Source: Octopus sinensis
Taxonomy: Eukaryota
DNA: 64,000 nt
Assembly (NCBI RefSeq): GCF_006345805.1
Contig: NC_043018.1
Span: 14,694,001-14,758,000, forward strand
Reading direction: 5' to 3'
Below the pieces are notes generated by a model. That model saw only the letters and a program-made list of their open reading frames with translations, searched no databases and had not been told where the DNA came from. Below are positions 13,250 through 26,083 of the stretch, one piece after another; within the stretch, counting starts at the first letter, position 1, and every line of letters starts with the position of its first letter. A program made the translations under genes and the position numbers.

Positions 13250-14330
13250 ACTAATCTATTCTTGAGATGGCCAGCATATTTATACATATTATCTCATTCT
13301 TAGCAATGATTTCATTAAGTTTGTCTCTTCTGTAGCATTCTTTGCAAATTTCTACCTTTATTTCAACACATTCTCTATTTAATCTTATATATTATATTCT
13401 ACTTATTGTATCTTATCATTTTCTTGCATTCCAAAACATTTTGGGGTTCGTTCTTGTTTAATTCTTTAATTTCCATCTCGGTGTTTTAATATTCTCAGTT
13501 TTAGTGAATTTAGCTGTTTTTTATAGCAGCTTCAGCCCATTTGTCTAATCCTGTTCTCACTTTTATGTCTTTGTTCAGTTTATGAACAATTTTTAGTTTG
13601 TTTGCCAAATAAGCATTATTGTTTGTAAATGTTTCTATATCTTCCTTATATCTTCCTATATCTTCCTTCGTCTGTTAGAGTAAACATTGATGGTTTCGTT
13701 CAACAGTTTCACTTTTGCAGTCAGTGCTTGTCTAATTAAAAGGTGCAGATAATTACTAATCTCTGAATAATTAGATAATGAGTCTCATTAGATAAGTAAT
13801 CATTTTATGAGTTTGACACTGGTTTTGGTTATCTTCTCTTTACGTTGTCGTGATTGTCATTGTTTTCCATTTTGACACGAAATTATTAAAATACATTGTC
13901 AGCAATGGGGCTGTTTCATTTACACAGAGTATCTCCTTTATCCAAAGATATGATAGACTATTAAATACTTTTGGCTACTCAATTCCAGCCATGCTAAGCT
14001 TTGTTTTCCTTTGTTTTCCTTTTTTTTCTGCTATCTTCTTTTCTATCTCGTTTCACTCGCAGCAGCTCTTTAGAACTAAATATCTCTTTTCGCTAACCTT
14101 TCTGCCCTTTGGCAATATACTAATACTCTCCAAGTGAATAATAAAACCTCTTCTAAAGTATCGATGTATGAGCTTTGTATGTTGCTGTCAAGCAAAATCT
14201 AAGCTTTTGGTGATCTTTGGTGCTTTATTTTATATTTATATTTACTTTTGGAATTAACGTTTTCCTCCTAGCAGCCATTTATCTATCAATTTTGATTTGC
14301 AGACCAGTTAACTGAAATCTTTCGCTATAG
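13250..14330 (-). mobile_element. Decayed LINE-like region (possibly R4/Dong N-terminal part); related copy at ~15340-15470
   Basis: 13340-13450 is similar to 15360-15470 at nucleotide level; minus frames give IRQALTAK...GRYRNIYKQ.CLFGKQTK, weakly like the Dong N-terminal region. Confidence 0.3.
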
Positions 14331-14561
14331 ACCCATGGGGACAGGTCGTGTGCTTCTTCTCACAGATATTGGTGATTTCCTTGCCATTTATAGCCGGAAT
14401 TATTCTATTCTTTTCCTCTACAACATTCCACTCAGAATACTTGGATTCCTAACATCTAATATTAAGTTTGTTGTTCTTATTTCTGTCGTTTTTAATTCTC
14501 CATTTTCCTCGGAAAGCTTCATTTTTTTCAAAGTGTTTTATCCTGCATGCTGTTGCTTCAT

Positions 14562-14794
14562 TTACTCTCTTTACTCTTTTAACTCTTTTACTTGTTTCAG
14601 TCATTTGACTGCGGCCATGCTGGAGCACCACCTTTTAGTCGAGCAAATCGACCCCGGGACTTATTCTTTTGTAAGCCCAGTACTTATTCTATCGGTCTCT
14701 TTTGCCGAACCGCTAAGTGACGGGGACGTAAACACACCAGCATCGGTTGTCAAGCAATGCTAGGGGAACAAACACAGACACACAAACACACACA

Positions 14795-14851
<57 letters not shown>

Positions 14852-15050
14852 TATATAATATATATATATATATACACATATGTATACATATATACGACAG
14901 GCTTCTTTCAGTTTCCGTCTACCAAATCCACTCAGAAGGCATTGGTCGGCCCGGGGCTATAGTAGAAGACACTTGCCCAAGGTGACATGCAGTGGGACTG
15001 AACCCAGAACCATGTGGTTGGTAAGCAAGCTACTTACCACACAGCCACTA
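14562..15050 (-). mobile_element. SINE family A
   Basis: Reverse complement of 11295-11718. Confidence 0.85.
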
Positions 15051-15846
15051 CTTCATAGCCCTACTTTTTATTTTATATATTGTTGGGTTTTTTTAAAATG
15101 CTGTCTGCCTTCTTTTCTATTCCTCAAAGTAATAAAGTAATAATTCTCTTTTCCAGTTGCATATCCTTTTGGCAGAGTCGGGGTGGTTGAGGTGGATCTG
15201 ACTTTATAAGTAATAATCCCAAGTTTTCCTTTACACTACAACTATGGTGAATAGATCAGAATATTCTGTTCGTTAGCATTCGGATTAAGATTATCCCAGG
15301 GGTTGGAATTAGTGCTTTTATTCATTTGTTCTTTTAGAACTGAACGTTTGTTTCTTCTGCAGAATTCTTTGCTAATCTCTACCTTGATTTCTACGAATTC
15401 TATATTTAATCTTATATATTATATTCAACTTATTGTATCGCATCCTTTTCTTGTTCCCAACGTATTTTTGGGATGGTTCTTCTTTATAAGCGTTCGATAC
15501 TACATGACATAATTCCTTTTTGGCACTGGATTTCGAAACACATATAAAGTTATAAATAATAAGCATGTAAATATTGGGTTCAAAAACCCTTTTGGATAGA
15601 AAAACTGGGAGGCTGCCCCTTAGACTTGAACCCAGTAATTCAGATATTGCTAAGCCAGTTTACGAATGAAAAAAGGAGGAGTCATGCACGACAGGTCGAT
15701 GAAACCGTTTATATAGACTTCAAGATTCCTCTTCATATTTACGTCCATTTATTAGTTGCATATCCATACTTAAACATTATATGAAAAATGTAAACACAAA
15801 TTAGGTATTCGATCCTCGGTGGTTATTGTACGCAGATCATAATAAT

Positions 15847-15877
<31 letters not shown>

Positions 15878-16343
15878 GTAATAATTGTAATAATAATAAT
15901 AACAACAACAACAACAACAATAGCAACAACAATACTAATAATAATAATAACAACAACAGTAATACTGACAATCATGATTTTTTTTATATATACATGCATG
16001 TGTGTGTATATATATACATGTGTGTGTGAGTGTGTATGTATGTATGTAAATATTATATATATATATATTTATATGTATGCATGTATATATATATATGTAC
16101 GAACATATACGCATACACACGTCCTGGTACACATGCACTCACACATGTTTAATCCGTAATATTGCTCTGCTGCTAAGTAATGCCTCATATATGTCTCTCT
16201 CTCTCTTTCTTTCTCTCTCTCTCTCTCTCTTTCTGTATATATATATATATATATATTTATATATGAGGATAATATCGATATTTAAGTGTCGAAATTATCA
16301 AGTGGCCAGCATGAAAGAAATACCTTACAAAGGTAAAAAAATT

Positions 16344-16787
16344 TTTAACAATTAAAAATGAGGGTGTCTAAAAGACACCGACATGCCGAATATAAATTTA
16401 TATAATTCGTTATTATATTCACTGCGGTGCTTATTTTAACCATATCGTTATTATGCGGTGATTCGGCGGGCGATTCAAACTGGCTGTGTCCATACGTGCA
16501 TATGTATGTATGTGCGACGCTCGTATATGTAAGTATATCGTTTGCTGTGCATATATAATATCTGTATTTTATGTACCCTTGATATATTCAATTGATGACG
16601 GTAAAGCTATCTAAAGCAGAACCAGAAATCCTTGGATCTTGAATTATTCAATAATTTTTGCTTGTATGTTTCGTCCCTCCGCTTTACTCATGGTGCGATA
16701 GAACATTTAACGTGGTACTATAGTCAGTGTTTCGACTGCTATTTCGGCATGTTGGTGTCTTTTAGACACCTCATTTTTAATTTTTAA

Positions 16788-16790
<3 letters not shown>
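16344..16790. mobile_element. Mini-element with ~45-bp inverted termini enclosing a hammerhead
   Basis: aattaaaaatgagggtgtctaaaagacaccgacatgccgaa / ttcggcatgttggtgtcttttagacacctcatttttaatt. Confidence 0.7.
16586..16644 (+). ncRNA. Type I hammerhead motif (C3 to U variant)
   Basis: attcaa-TTGATGA-cggt...acca-GAA-ATCC(tt)GGAT-C-ttgaat: perfect 6-bp stem I, 4-bp stem III, AUC site. Confidence 0.65.
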
Positions 16791-16850
<60 letters not shown>

Positions 16851-17014
16851 CGTATATATTTATATATATATATTATAAATATGTATATATATAATATAAT
16901 ATATATATATATCCATATTAATTCAGGGAGTGACAAGTTTAAAAGAAGCCATGTCTTTCCACTTAGAGTGAATAAATATTAATCCATAATAGGTAATCCG
17001 GCAATATACATACA

Positions 17015-17050
<36 letters not shown>

Positions 17051-17058
17051 TATATATA

Positions 17059-17155
<97 letters not shown>

Positions 17156-18321
17156 ATGTATATGTGCGCGCACGAGTGTATGCGTGCGAATGTGTGGCAA
17201 TTTATGTATGAATGTATATGTGTACGTGTGTGTGTATGTATCTGTATATGCGTGCGCGCGCGTGATTAAAGTCGAGTTACAATAAAAACAATTTTACATA
17301 TTTTTTACTCAATATTTTTTTTAACTATCAATAGTGTTTTGTAGCATTTCGCTATTTGCCCTTTTGAGATAAAAATGGATTCCTCGTGCAATTTTAATAA
17401 TTGATATTTAAATCATTGACATCAAACAAAAATATGCCGTGTAGGCCAATGCAAACTGTAGGCAAAGTTTCGGTTATTTTGCGCTTCTTAGGTGGTCCCT
17501 AAACTCCAAGGTGGGCTTTGGCCGGTCGCTCTAGACCTTACACATCCCTTAATATCATGGTTGAGCAACAATTACTTCTGCAAAATAAATCTACGACCGG
17601 AAACTTCAGACAAGGCCGTCCACCGTCTTCGTCGTAGCCGTTGCCACAGCGATAGTTCATCCCACCACCACTGGGAGGGCTACGCCACCTTCACATAGAT
17701 GTTTAGCTTTCCAAGACAATTGATCGTTTCGTCTTTGGGCTCCAGAATATATACATCTATGATGATGATGATGATGGTAACAGCAACAACAACAACAATT
17801 CTAAGAAAACGGAGAGGATCATTGCGAAACGTAAGAAACCCTACGGTGTTTTTACGGAGTTCATTTTTGTATACCACGTGATCAAAAATGGTGGACACAT
17901 GACGACGGTCCTGGTGGTAAGGTGGGGTTGATGGCCTGGGTATTCACGGGGGAGGGTGTGTTCGCGGTGGTGATGGTGGTAGTGGGTGTTGGTATTTAAA
18001 GAAAACCACCGATAAAGAGCCGTTCTTTCGAGTCTTTATCGAAACCAGAGATCGTCAAGAACGTAAATTTACAAATTCTTCCAGTAACCTTTCATACTTA
18101 AAAGTAAGTGGATTATCTTATGTTTGTATGTTTGTGTACGCGTATATACAATTTACACACACACGCACACACATACACAGACACATACCCCCCCCATATA
18201 TATATATGTGTGTGTGTGTGTATATATATTTATATGTACATATATATATATATTTATGTTTATATATTTATATGTACATATATATATATATTTATATGTA
18301 TGTATATATATATATATTTTT

Positions 18322-18362
<41 letters not shown>

Positions 18363-18740
18363 TCATATATATATATATATATATATGTTGATATATATGT
18401 ATATATATAATATGTATATATATATATGTATATAATATATATATATTATATAATATATATATATATATATTATATATAGAGAACAGAAATTTGAATAAGT
18501 ACGTTTGACTATATAGTAACATATCCGACTGTAGACTACCAGGAAGAGAAAAATATTCACTCAAATTTAGATGTTTAACATTTATAAATACTAAATTTTT
18601 ATTTGAAATATTTTTTTATTAAATTCTTCGATTTATTTAATAGACAAAGCATTTCCCGATAAAATGTTACCCAGAAACAATTGCGATCAACATCATCACC
18701 ACCTTCACCACCATCATCATCATCCTCATCATCATCATCA

Positions 18741-18778
<38 letters not shown>

Positions 18779-19015
18779 GTTGTTGTTGTTGTTGTTGTTG
18801 TTATGCCCCACACCTCCTCCTAAGCAGATAGGGCAAAATGCTTTGTGTCGTTTCTTCCATCTTTACATTATTGAGTTCAAATTCCGCCGAGGCTGACTTT
18901 GCCTTTCATCTTTCCGTGGTCGATAAAATAAATACCAGTTGAATACTATGGTCGCTGTAATACACTTGCCCACTCACCCGAGATTGCTGACCTTGTGCCA
19001 AAATTATTATCATCA

Positions 19016-19052
<37 letters not shown>

Positions 19053-19161
19053 AATATGTGCTAGTTGGCGACTGGGGTCGATGTAATCGACTCATCCCCA
19101 AAACTGCTGCCCTTGTGGGGAAAATTTGAAGCCATTTATTATTATCATTATCATTATTATT

Positions 19162-19395
19162 AAGGCGGCGAGCAGGCAGAAGGGTTAGCACGCCGGGTGA
19201 AATGCTTAGCAGTATTTCGTCTGCCGCTACGTTCTGAGTTCAAATTCCGCCGAGGTCAACTTTGCCTTTCATCCTTTCTGGGTCGATTAAATAAGTACCA
19301 GTTATGCACTGGGGTCGATATAATCGACTTAATCCGTTTGTCTGTCCTTGTTTGTCCCTTCTGGAATTAGCCCCTTGTGGGTAGTAAAGAAATAA
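19162..19395 (+). mobile_element. tRNA-derived SINE family B, representative full copy
   Basis: A/B-box-like ggcgagcaggcagaa and gagttcaaattcc, central gcctttcatcctttcggggtcgat, tail gccccttgtgggtagtaaaga. Other copies near 885-962, 1860-2103, 6374-6510, 6513-6750, 8062-8298, 18850-19140, 24345-24560, 28590-28700, 30040-30705 (three), 37290-37632 (two), 40815-41045, 61760-61945. Confidence 0.85.
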
Positions 19396-19699
19396 GAAGC
19401 TGAAAAAACTGTGTGTCTTTGTATCCGTATTTGTCCCTAAAACCACTTGACAACTAATGTTGGTGTGTTTACGTCTCGTAACATAGTGGTTCGACAAAAG
19501 AAGCGACAGAACAAGTAGCAAGCTTTAAATAAAAAACAAAAAGGTGTTGGGTTCGATTAGTTCCGCTGAAAATTACTCAAGGCGGTGCCCCAGCATCACC
19601 GCAGCATAATGATTAAAAACAAGTAAAAATCTCAAACACACACACACACAGACACACTCACACACTCACTTTATAATAGGCGCACCCACTTTATATATA

Positions 19700-19864
19700 G
19701 GCGCGGGAGTGACCGTGTGGTAAGTAGCTTGCTTACCAACCACATGGTTGTGGGTTCAGTCCCACTGTGTAGCACCTTGGGCAAGTGTCTTCTACTATAA
19801 CAGCCTCAGGCCAACCAAAGCCTTGTGAGTGGATTTGGTAGACGGAAACTGAAAGAATCCCGTC

Positions 19865-19910
<46 letters not shown>

Positions 19911-20128
19911 ATGTGTGTGTATATGTTTGTGTGTCTGTGTTTGACCCCCCCTCCAGCATCGCTTGACAACAGATGCTGGTGTGTTTACGTCCCTGTGAGT
20001 TAGCGGTTTGGCCAAAGAGACTGATAGAATAAGTACTGGGCTAACAAAGAATAAGTCCTGGGGGAGGATTTGCTCGACTAAAGGCGGTGCTCCAGCATGG
20101 CCGCAGTCAAATGACTGAAACAAGTAAA
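19700..20128 (+). mobile_element. SINE family A
   Basis: Colinear with 11295-11718. Confidence 0.85.
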
Positions 20129-20560
20129 AACAAAATAATATTTGCGAATGTGTCTGTGTACATGTATCCGTGTGTATCCGTTGTGTATGTGTGTGTGTGT
20201 ACGCCTATGTGCCACGTAATCAGTGCATTTAAACACCTATATCGATAGGTAAACATTAAGCATTATCTAACATGATGATGTTCTTGGTTGCTCAGTGTTT
20301 CATATATGCGTCCATTAACAAATGGGATCTGATAAGGAGGACATTGCTATCTCACCAACACGAATTATCAAACTCTCTGCAGCCCCTTTCCTCCAGCATC
20401 TAAAATTATACCACCAAGGAAGACACCTTTTTCAGATGGTGTGGAACGAAGGGTGAAGCCGTTTATGACCCCCGCTCCTGGCGGTAAGGCCAAAACAAAC
20501 ACTTCTTCCTTCACCTCTTCGTGCTTGACTCTTAAATGGTGTGCCGTATTATTATTATTA

Positions 20561-20612
<52 letters not shown>

Positions 20613-20648
20613 TTTATCATCATCATTATTATTATTATTATTATTATT

Positions 20649-20701
<53 letters not shown>

Positions 20702-20722
20702 TATTATTATTATTATTATTAT

Positions 20723-20753
<31 letters not shown>

Positions 20754-21234
20754 CATGATGATGATGATGATGATGATAATGATGATAATAATAATAATAA
20801 TGATGCTAAAAATGATTTCATTTATTTGCCACAAGGGTGAAGGATGAGGGGGACAATACAGAGACAGACATAAAATGTTGGGGTTTACATATAATGAAAT
20901 GATAAAAAAAAAGTGAAAGAAAGAGAGTCTACGCGGTATAGACTGAAAAAGAAGTGATGTATGCATAGCATACAAAGGTTTAAAAAAAAAAAACAGGCGG
21001 GGAGGATGATAGAGGCGTGGCCCTCCTGATACAGGAATCCCTCTAGGGATAATCGAGGAACCCCACTGTCCGAAATTTCTCTGAAACCCCAGGAGCAAGT
21101 GCCTTCTCTCCGACTCACAGGTCTACACTTAGAGAGGTACCATCCACTCATGCCATTTTCACAACTTTCACTCACCTTTCAAACTCACTCGAGTACAGCA
21201 CTTCCCTCTCTGCAAAGGATAATTCATTCATCCA

Positions 21235-21282
<48 letters not shown>

Positions 21283-21412
21283 TTAGACAGTCATTCGTTG
21301 TAGGAGGTCAGTAGTAGTAGATTCGTTGTACGAGTTGGAGTCAGTGTTAGTTACGTGGTATATACTAATTCGAGTTACCGTCATATACATATATACATAT
21401 ACATGCATAAAA

Positions 21413-21447
<35 letters not shown>

Positions 21448-21547
21448 TGCATGTATTTATATATATAAATGCATGTATTTATATATATAAATGTATGTAT
21501 TTATATATATAAATGTATGTATGTATATATACACATATATATATAAA

Positions 21548-21600
<53 letters not shown>

Positions 21601-22070
21601 CACACACACACACACAACATACACACGCATTTATATTTATCTTCGTTTTATTACATATAATTTTCCAAGTCCGAAAGGATCACATTCTTTCTTATTAACG
21701 TTACTTTCGCATGTCCCAATTCCGTCGTACAGCTGAAAGGCTTTCTATGCATAAAACTACTTGTACCGTTTATCATATAAATATATTTTTTTATACGTTT
21801 CTGTCCTTTGCCTATATGTTTGATTTATGGTCCTGTCTTAGTCATAACTCATGCTTTTTACCGTTCGATCTGGAAACCACGTCTATATATATATATACAT
21901 ATGTGTATACATATGTGTATATATATATATATATAGATATATATATATATATACAAAAGCAATAAAGATTCAAGTTAATTTAAATGAATTTACTTGAATA
22001 TGGTACCTAACTTAGATGCACCAAAAAAAACTATACTGTTTTAACAATACAGTAATGTGGGTGATTATAA

Positions 22071-22222
22071 GCGAGAAGAAGCAACAAGAATGGATAGGTT
22101 TTTAGTACAATCGTTTCATACAAGGACAGGCTTTATTACAACTTTTACAACTTTTAATAAAGCCTGTCCTTGTATGAAACGATTGTACTAAAACCTATCC
22201 ATTCTTGTTGCTTCTTTCTCGC
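22071..22222. repeat. Near-perfect hairpin, ~68-bp arms, 16-nt loop
   Basis: Arms 22071-22138 and 22155-22222. Confidence 0.9.
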
Positions 22223-22519
22223 GTATATATATATATATCAAACTTTTTTGTCTCATTCTCTACTTCGTGTTAGCTCAGTTACACCCCAGCAGCTTTGCGC
22301 TGATTAGACTCCCGTATTGGACGATGTTATCAATAAGGAGTCGAAGTTGTGATGAGTTGTGGTTGAATAACTGTTTAGATCTGAGCATGTCAATGTCCGT
22401 TGTGTGTCTTGTCATGGTTTCCATGATTTCTGTACGTTTTTCTAGCTGTCCTCTTGAGTCACACACTCACACACACACCACACACACACCACACACAACA
22501 CACACCACACACATATATA

Positions 22520-22606
22520 TATATATAATATAGAGAGGAGAGAGGGGAAATTCATAATGAATATATATATATATATATTACATATTATATATATATACAT
22601 ATATAT

Positions 22607-22658
<52 letters not shown>

Positions 22659-22711
22659 TATTATTATATATCATATATATAATATATATATATATATACA
22701 TATATATATAC

Positions 22712-22758
<47 letters not shown>

Positions 22759-23171
22759 CATATATATATATACATATAATATAGCATATATATATATACA
22801 TATATATATATACATTATAATATATACATATATATCTACATATATATATATACATTATATATATACATATATATATATACATATATATACATATATATAC
22901 ATATATATATATACATATATGTATATACATATATATAATACTATCTATATATATTACATATATATATATATATATATATATACATACATTATGTATATAC
23001 ATATTATATATACCTATATATATATATATATATATAATATATATATATATATGTATGTATGTATGTTATATCCTATACATTATAATATATATATAATTAC
23101 ATACATACATCTATATATATATATATCTTAATCTCTATATTATATCTATATATATCATACATACATATCTC

Positions 23172-23218
<47 letters not shown>

Positions 23219-23220
23219 CG
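22520..23220. repeat. Long (TA)n/(TATACA)n low-complexity tract
   Basis: Direct reading; similar tracts at 8690-9020, 18190-18480, 33220-33700, 36090-36310, 43040-43420. Confidence 0.95.
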
Positions 23221-23288
23221 AATTTTTTGCATAATGAGATAAAAAAAAACCAAGGCTTGTAGATAATAGAACATTTATAGATATAAAG

Positions 23289-23340
23289 GTCTTACAACTG
23301 TTTCCAGGGTATTTATTAATAATATCCCTTCATCGGAGAC
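23289..23340 (-). ncRNA. Type I hammerhead motif beside a GIY-YIG-like C-terminal remnant
   Basis: Minus strand gtct-CCGATGA-AGGG...CCCT-g-GAAACAGTTGT-A-agac, GUA site, U4 to C change. Just upstream on the same strand (23380-23545) a frame reads HKVLESYIYTILPKKWIHN, resembling the end of a PLE endonuclease. Confidence 0.6.
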
Positions 23341-23551
23341 GGTGTGAGAGGATGGTCAAGTAATTGTTAATTCGGATAGGATACAAAATAGAGAGTGAGG
23401 TGGAGGAAAGAAAATAGATGCAAGATATGTAGAGATTTTGAAGTTGTGGATCCATTTTTTAGGCAGAATGGTATATATGTAAGATTCCAATACCTTATGA
23501 GTAAAGTCCAACAAAGTGTAAAATGGGTCTCTCCAAATATAGAGTTTACAC

Positions 23552-23598
<47 letters not shown>

Positions 23599-23971
23599 GT
23601 GTGTGTATATACATATATGTGTGTGTGTGTGTGTGTGCATAGATATGTGTACCTCTGTTTTCTCTCTCTCTCTCTCTCTCTCCTCTCTTTCTCTCTTTCT
23701 GCACACACATATGTTATATTTGTGTGAGTGCATCCACAGGAATTTTGTGCTATACGCAGATATGTATGTCGATGTACGCTATCTAAAACTATTCAGATTT
23801 ATCATATTTGTTCTTTGTTTCTGGGGTTCTTTAATTCCTTATGATAATGGCGTGCTGCCAAAATACATAAAAATACTTAATTACGGTTTTCGTGGATGAT
23901 TAGATATATGTCATTAAACTCCACTTATTATCATCAACACCATCATCACCATTATTATTGTTGTTGTTGTA

Positions 23972-24047
<76 letters not shown>

Positions 24048-24699
24048 ATTAATTTATTTATTTTTTCTTTTGTTTTACTAGGTTCATCATCGTGGATATC
24101 AGGTATGAACCGTATGTATATATATATATATCATTATGCACGTGTTTGTGTATACATACATACATACACATACATAAGTGTGTATGTATATGCGTGTATG
24201 TGCGTTTTTTGTGTCTATGTGTGTACATGTTTGTTTTCATACGTTGTTCACATTGTTGTCTGCGTGTGCTGCCATCTATTGGCGGTGCCTTAATAGATTC
24301 AGTTGAAAGGTGGGGAAAAAGCTTTGCGATATCTAGATACATGTGAAGGAGGCAGGTTGGCTGAATCGTTAACACACCGGACTAAATGCCTAGCGTCATC
24401 TTCTCCATCTTTACGTTCGAATTCTGCCGATGTCTACTTTGCCTTTCATTTTTTTTTAAGGTCGATAAAATAAGAACCTTTTGAGCACTGGGGTCGATGT
24501 AATCGACTGTACCGGCCCCTCAATATTTCACTCTCTGTGCCTATGGTAGTAAGGATATTCAGATACATGTCTTTATGTTTTGAGATCAAATCCCACCGAA
24601 ATCTTTCCTTCTCCAAGGGTCGATAAAATTAATCCGCGCTGTTGAAGAAATATTTTATTTACCATGTATCCTTATTACAAAAGAAGGAAAACCATTTAA

Positions 24700-24771
<72 letters not shown>

Positions 24772-25164
24772 ATATCGATGTATAATCGATATATAATATA
24801 TTGTTGTGTTCAATACTGTTTGTAATAACAGCTCTGCTCCTCCTTTTATCCCAAACTCATCAACTAGGGCGCTTCGAAATGCCGGTTTTATGTACATTAT
24901 TGTATTGTTGTCATTTTTGTTTAACCTTAGTCTAGTTCTGAGCTAGCAGACTCCCAATCAAAGCCGTTCTAGCTGTTACCGTCTTTTGCTGATTGTGTAT
25001 ACAGGACAACATAACCTGAAGAGTAGGTAATTAAAATCCGGGATAACTGTGAAGACGAGCATAGGAAACGTTAGTTAGTAATCATTGCGAAATTAGATCA
25101 GTTTGTATGTGGTGAGGAGAGGTGAATTCTGGTATTTCAGACTGGCTCATTATTTAGAATAATT

Positions 25165-25206
25165 TCTCATTGAAGAAAGATCCTGACCCGAAACGTCAGA
25201 TCTCCC
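25165..25206 (+). ncRNA. Degenerate hammerhead motif; a second, more decayed one lies at 25045-25078
   Basis: ttgaaga-aagatcctgaccc-GAAAC-GT-C-agat: ACGT palindrome and GUC site, weak stems I and II. The upstream motif taact-gtgaaga...gaaacgt-t-agtta has a 5-bp stem I. Confidence 0.4.
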
Positions 25207-25445
25207 CTATCTTCCCAAATTTATGTTACAATGTTTATTAATCAGCACATTCATGTAAAACGTTAAACTGTTGTTTGTTGATATGGAGTTCTAACACACT
25301 AAGTAGGAGTATTAGTAGTTGTTGTTAAGGTCACAGGAAATACACAAAAAACATACGACAAAAATAAACAAACAAATAAACATACCTCCCCTTACACACA
25401 CACACAAACAAACAAACAAACAAACACACACACACACATGCACAC

Positions 25446-25487
<42 letters not shown>

Positions 25488-26049
25488 ACACACACATACA
25501 GATTAAAATAAATGAATCAATTGTTTTCCTCTGTCATATGACGCTCGTCTCCAAATCCGTTGTATCGGTTGGTCATCGACAGAGGTTCCGGGATCGTTGT
25601 TTCGAATCAGGTCAAAAGAACAAACTCGGGATAACAAAATTAATCTCACCGGATACAGACAGGATGTAGTGGAACTAAAATTACTGATAACGGAACAAAA
25701 GCAACGGATTTTCATATCCGGTTTCAAATTCATCGTTCTCCAAGCCGATATTACTACTTTAAAATAATATCTGAAAGGCTACACTATTCAACAACAACAA
25801 CAACGATAACGACAACAAGATCAGCATCTACAACAACTAGACAATAGTATAGTTAGCAGCGACCTAGTGGCATTGGTATAGAAGAAGTTAGGTTGGTAGG
25901 TCTGCGTTTCCGTACTTAACTTTCTGTATTGTATAGGGAACGCCTCACCGAAGCAAAAACATACAAAAGAATATTTATGAATAAGTGAAACCAGAACATG
26001 TGACTAATGTATGTATGTATGTATGTATGTATGTATATATGTATGTATG

Positions 26050-26083
<34 letters not shown>

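Noticed and set aside
20990-21230. GVALLIQESL, an APE-endonuclease-like motif
   Set aside because: Single short motif among stop codons; not enough to call a LINE.
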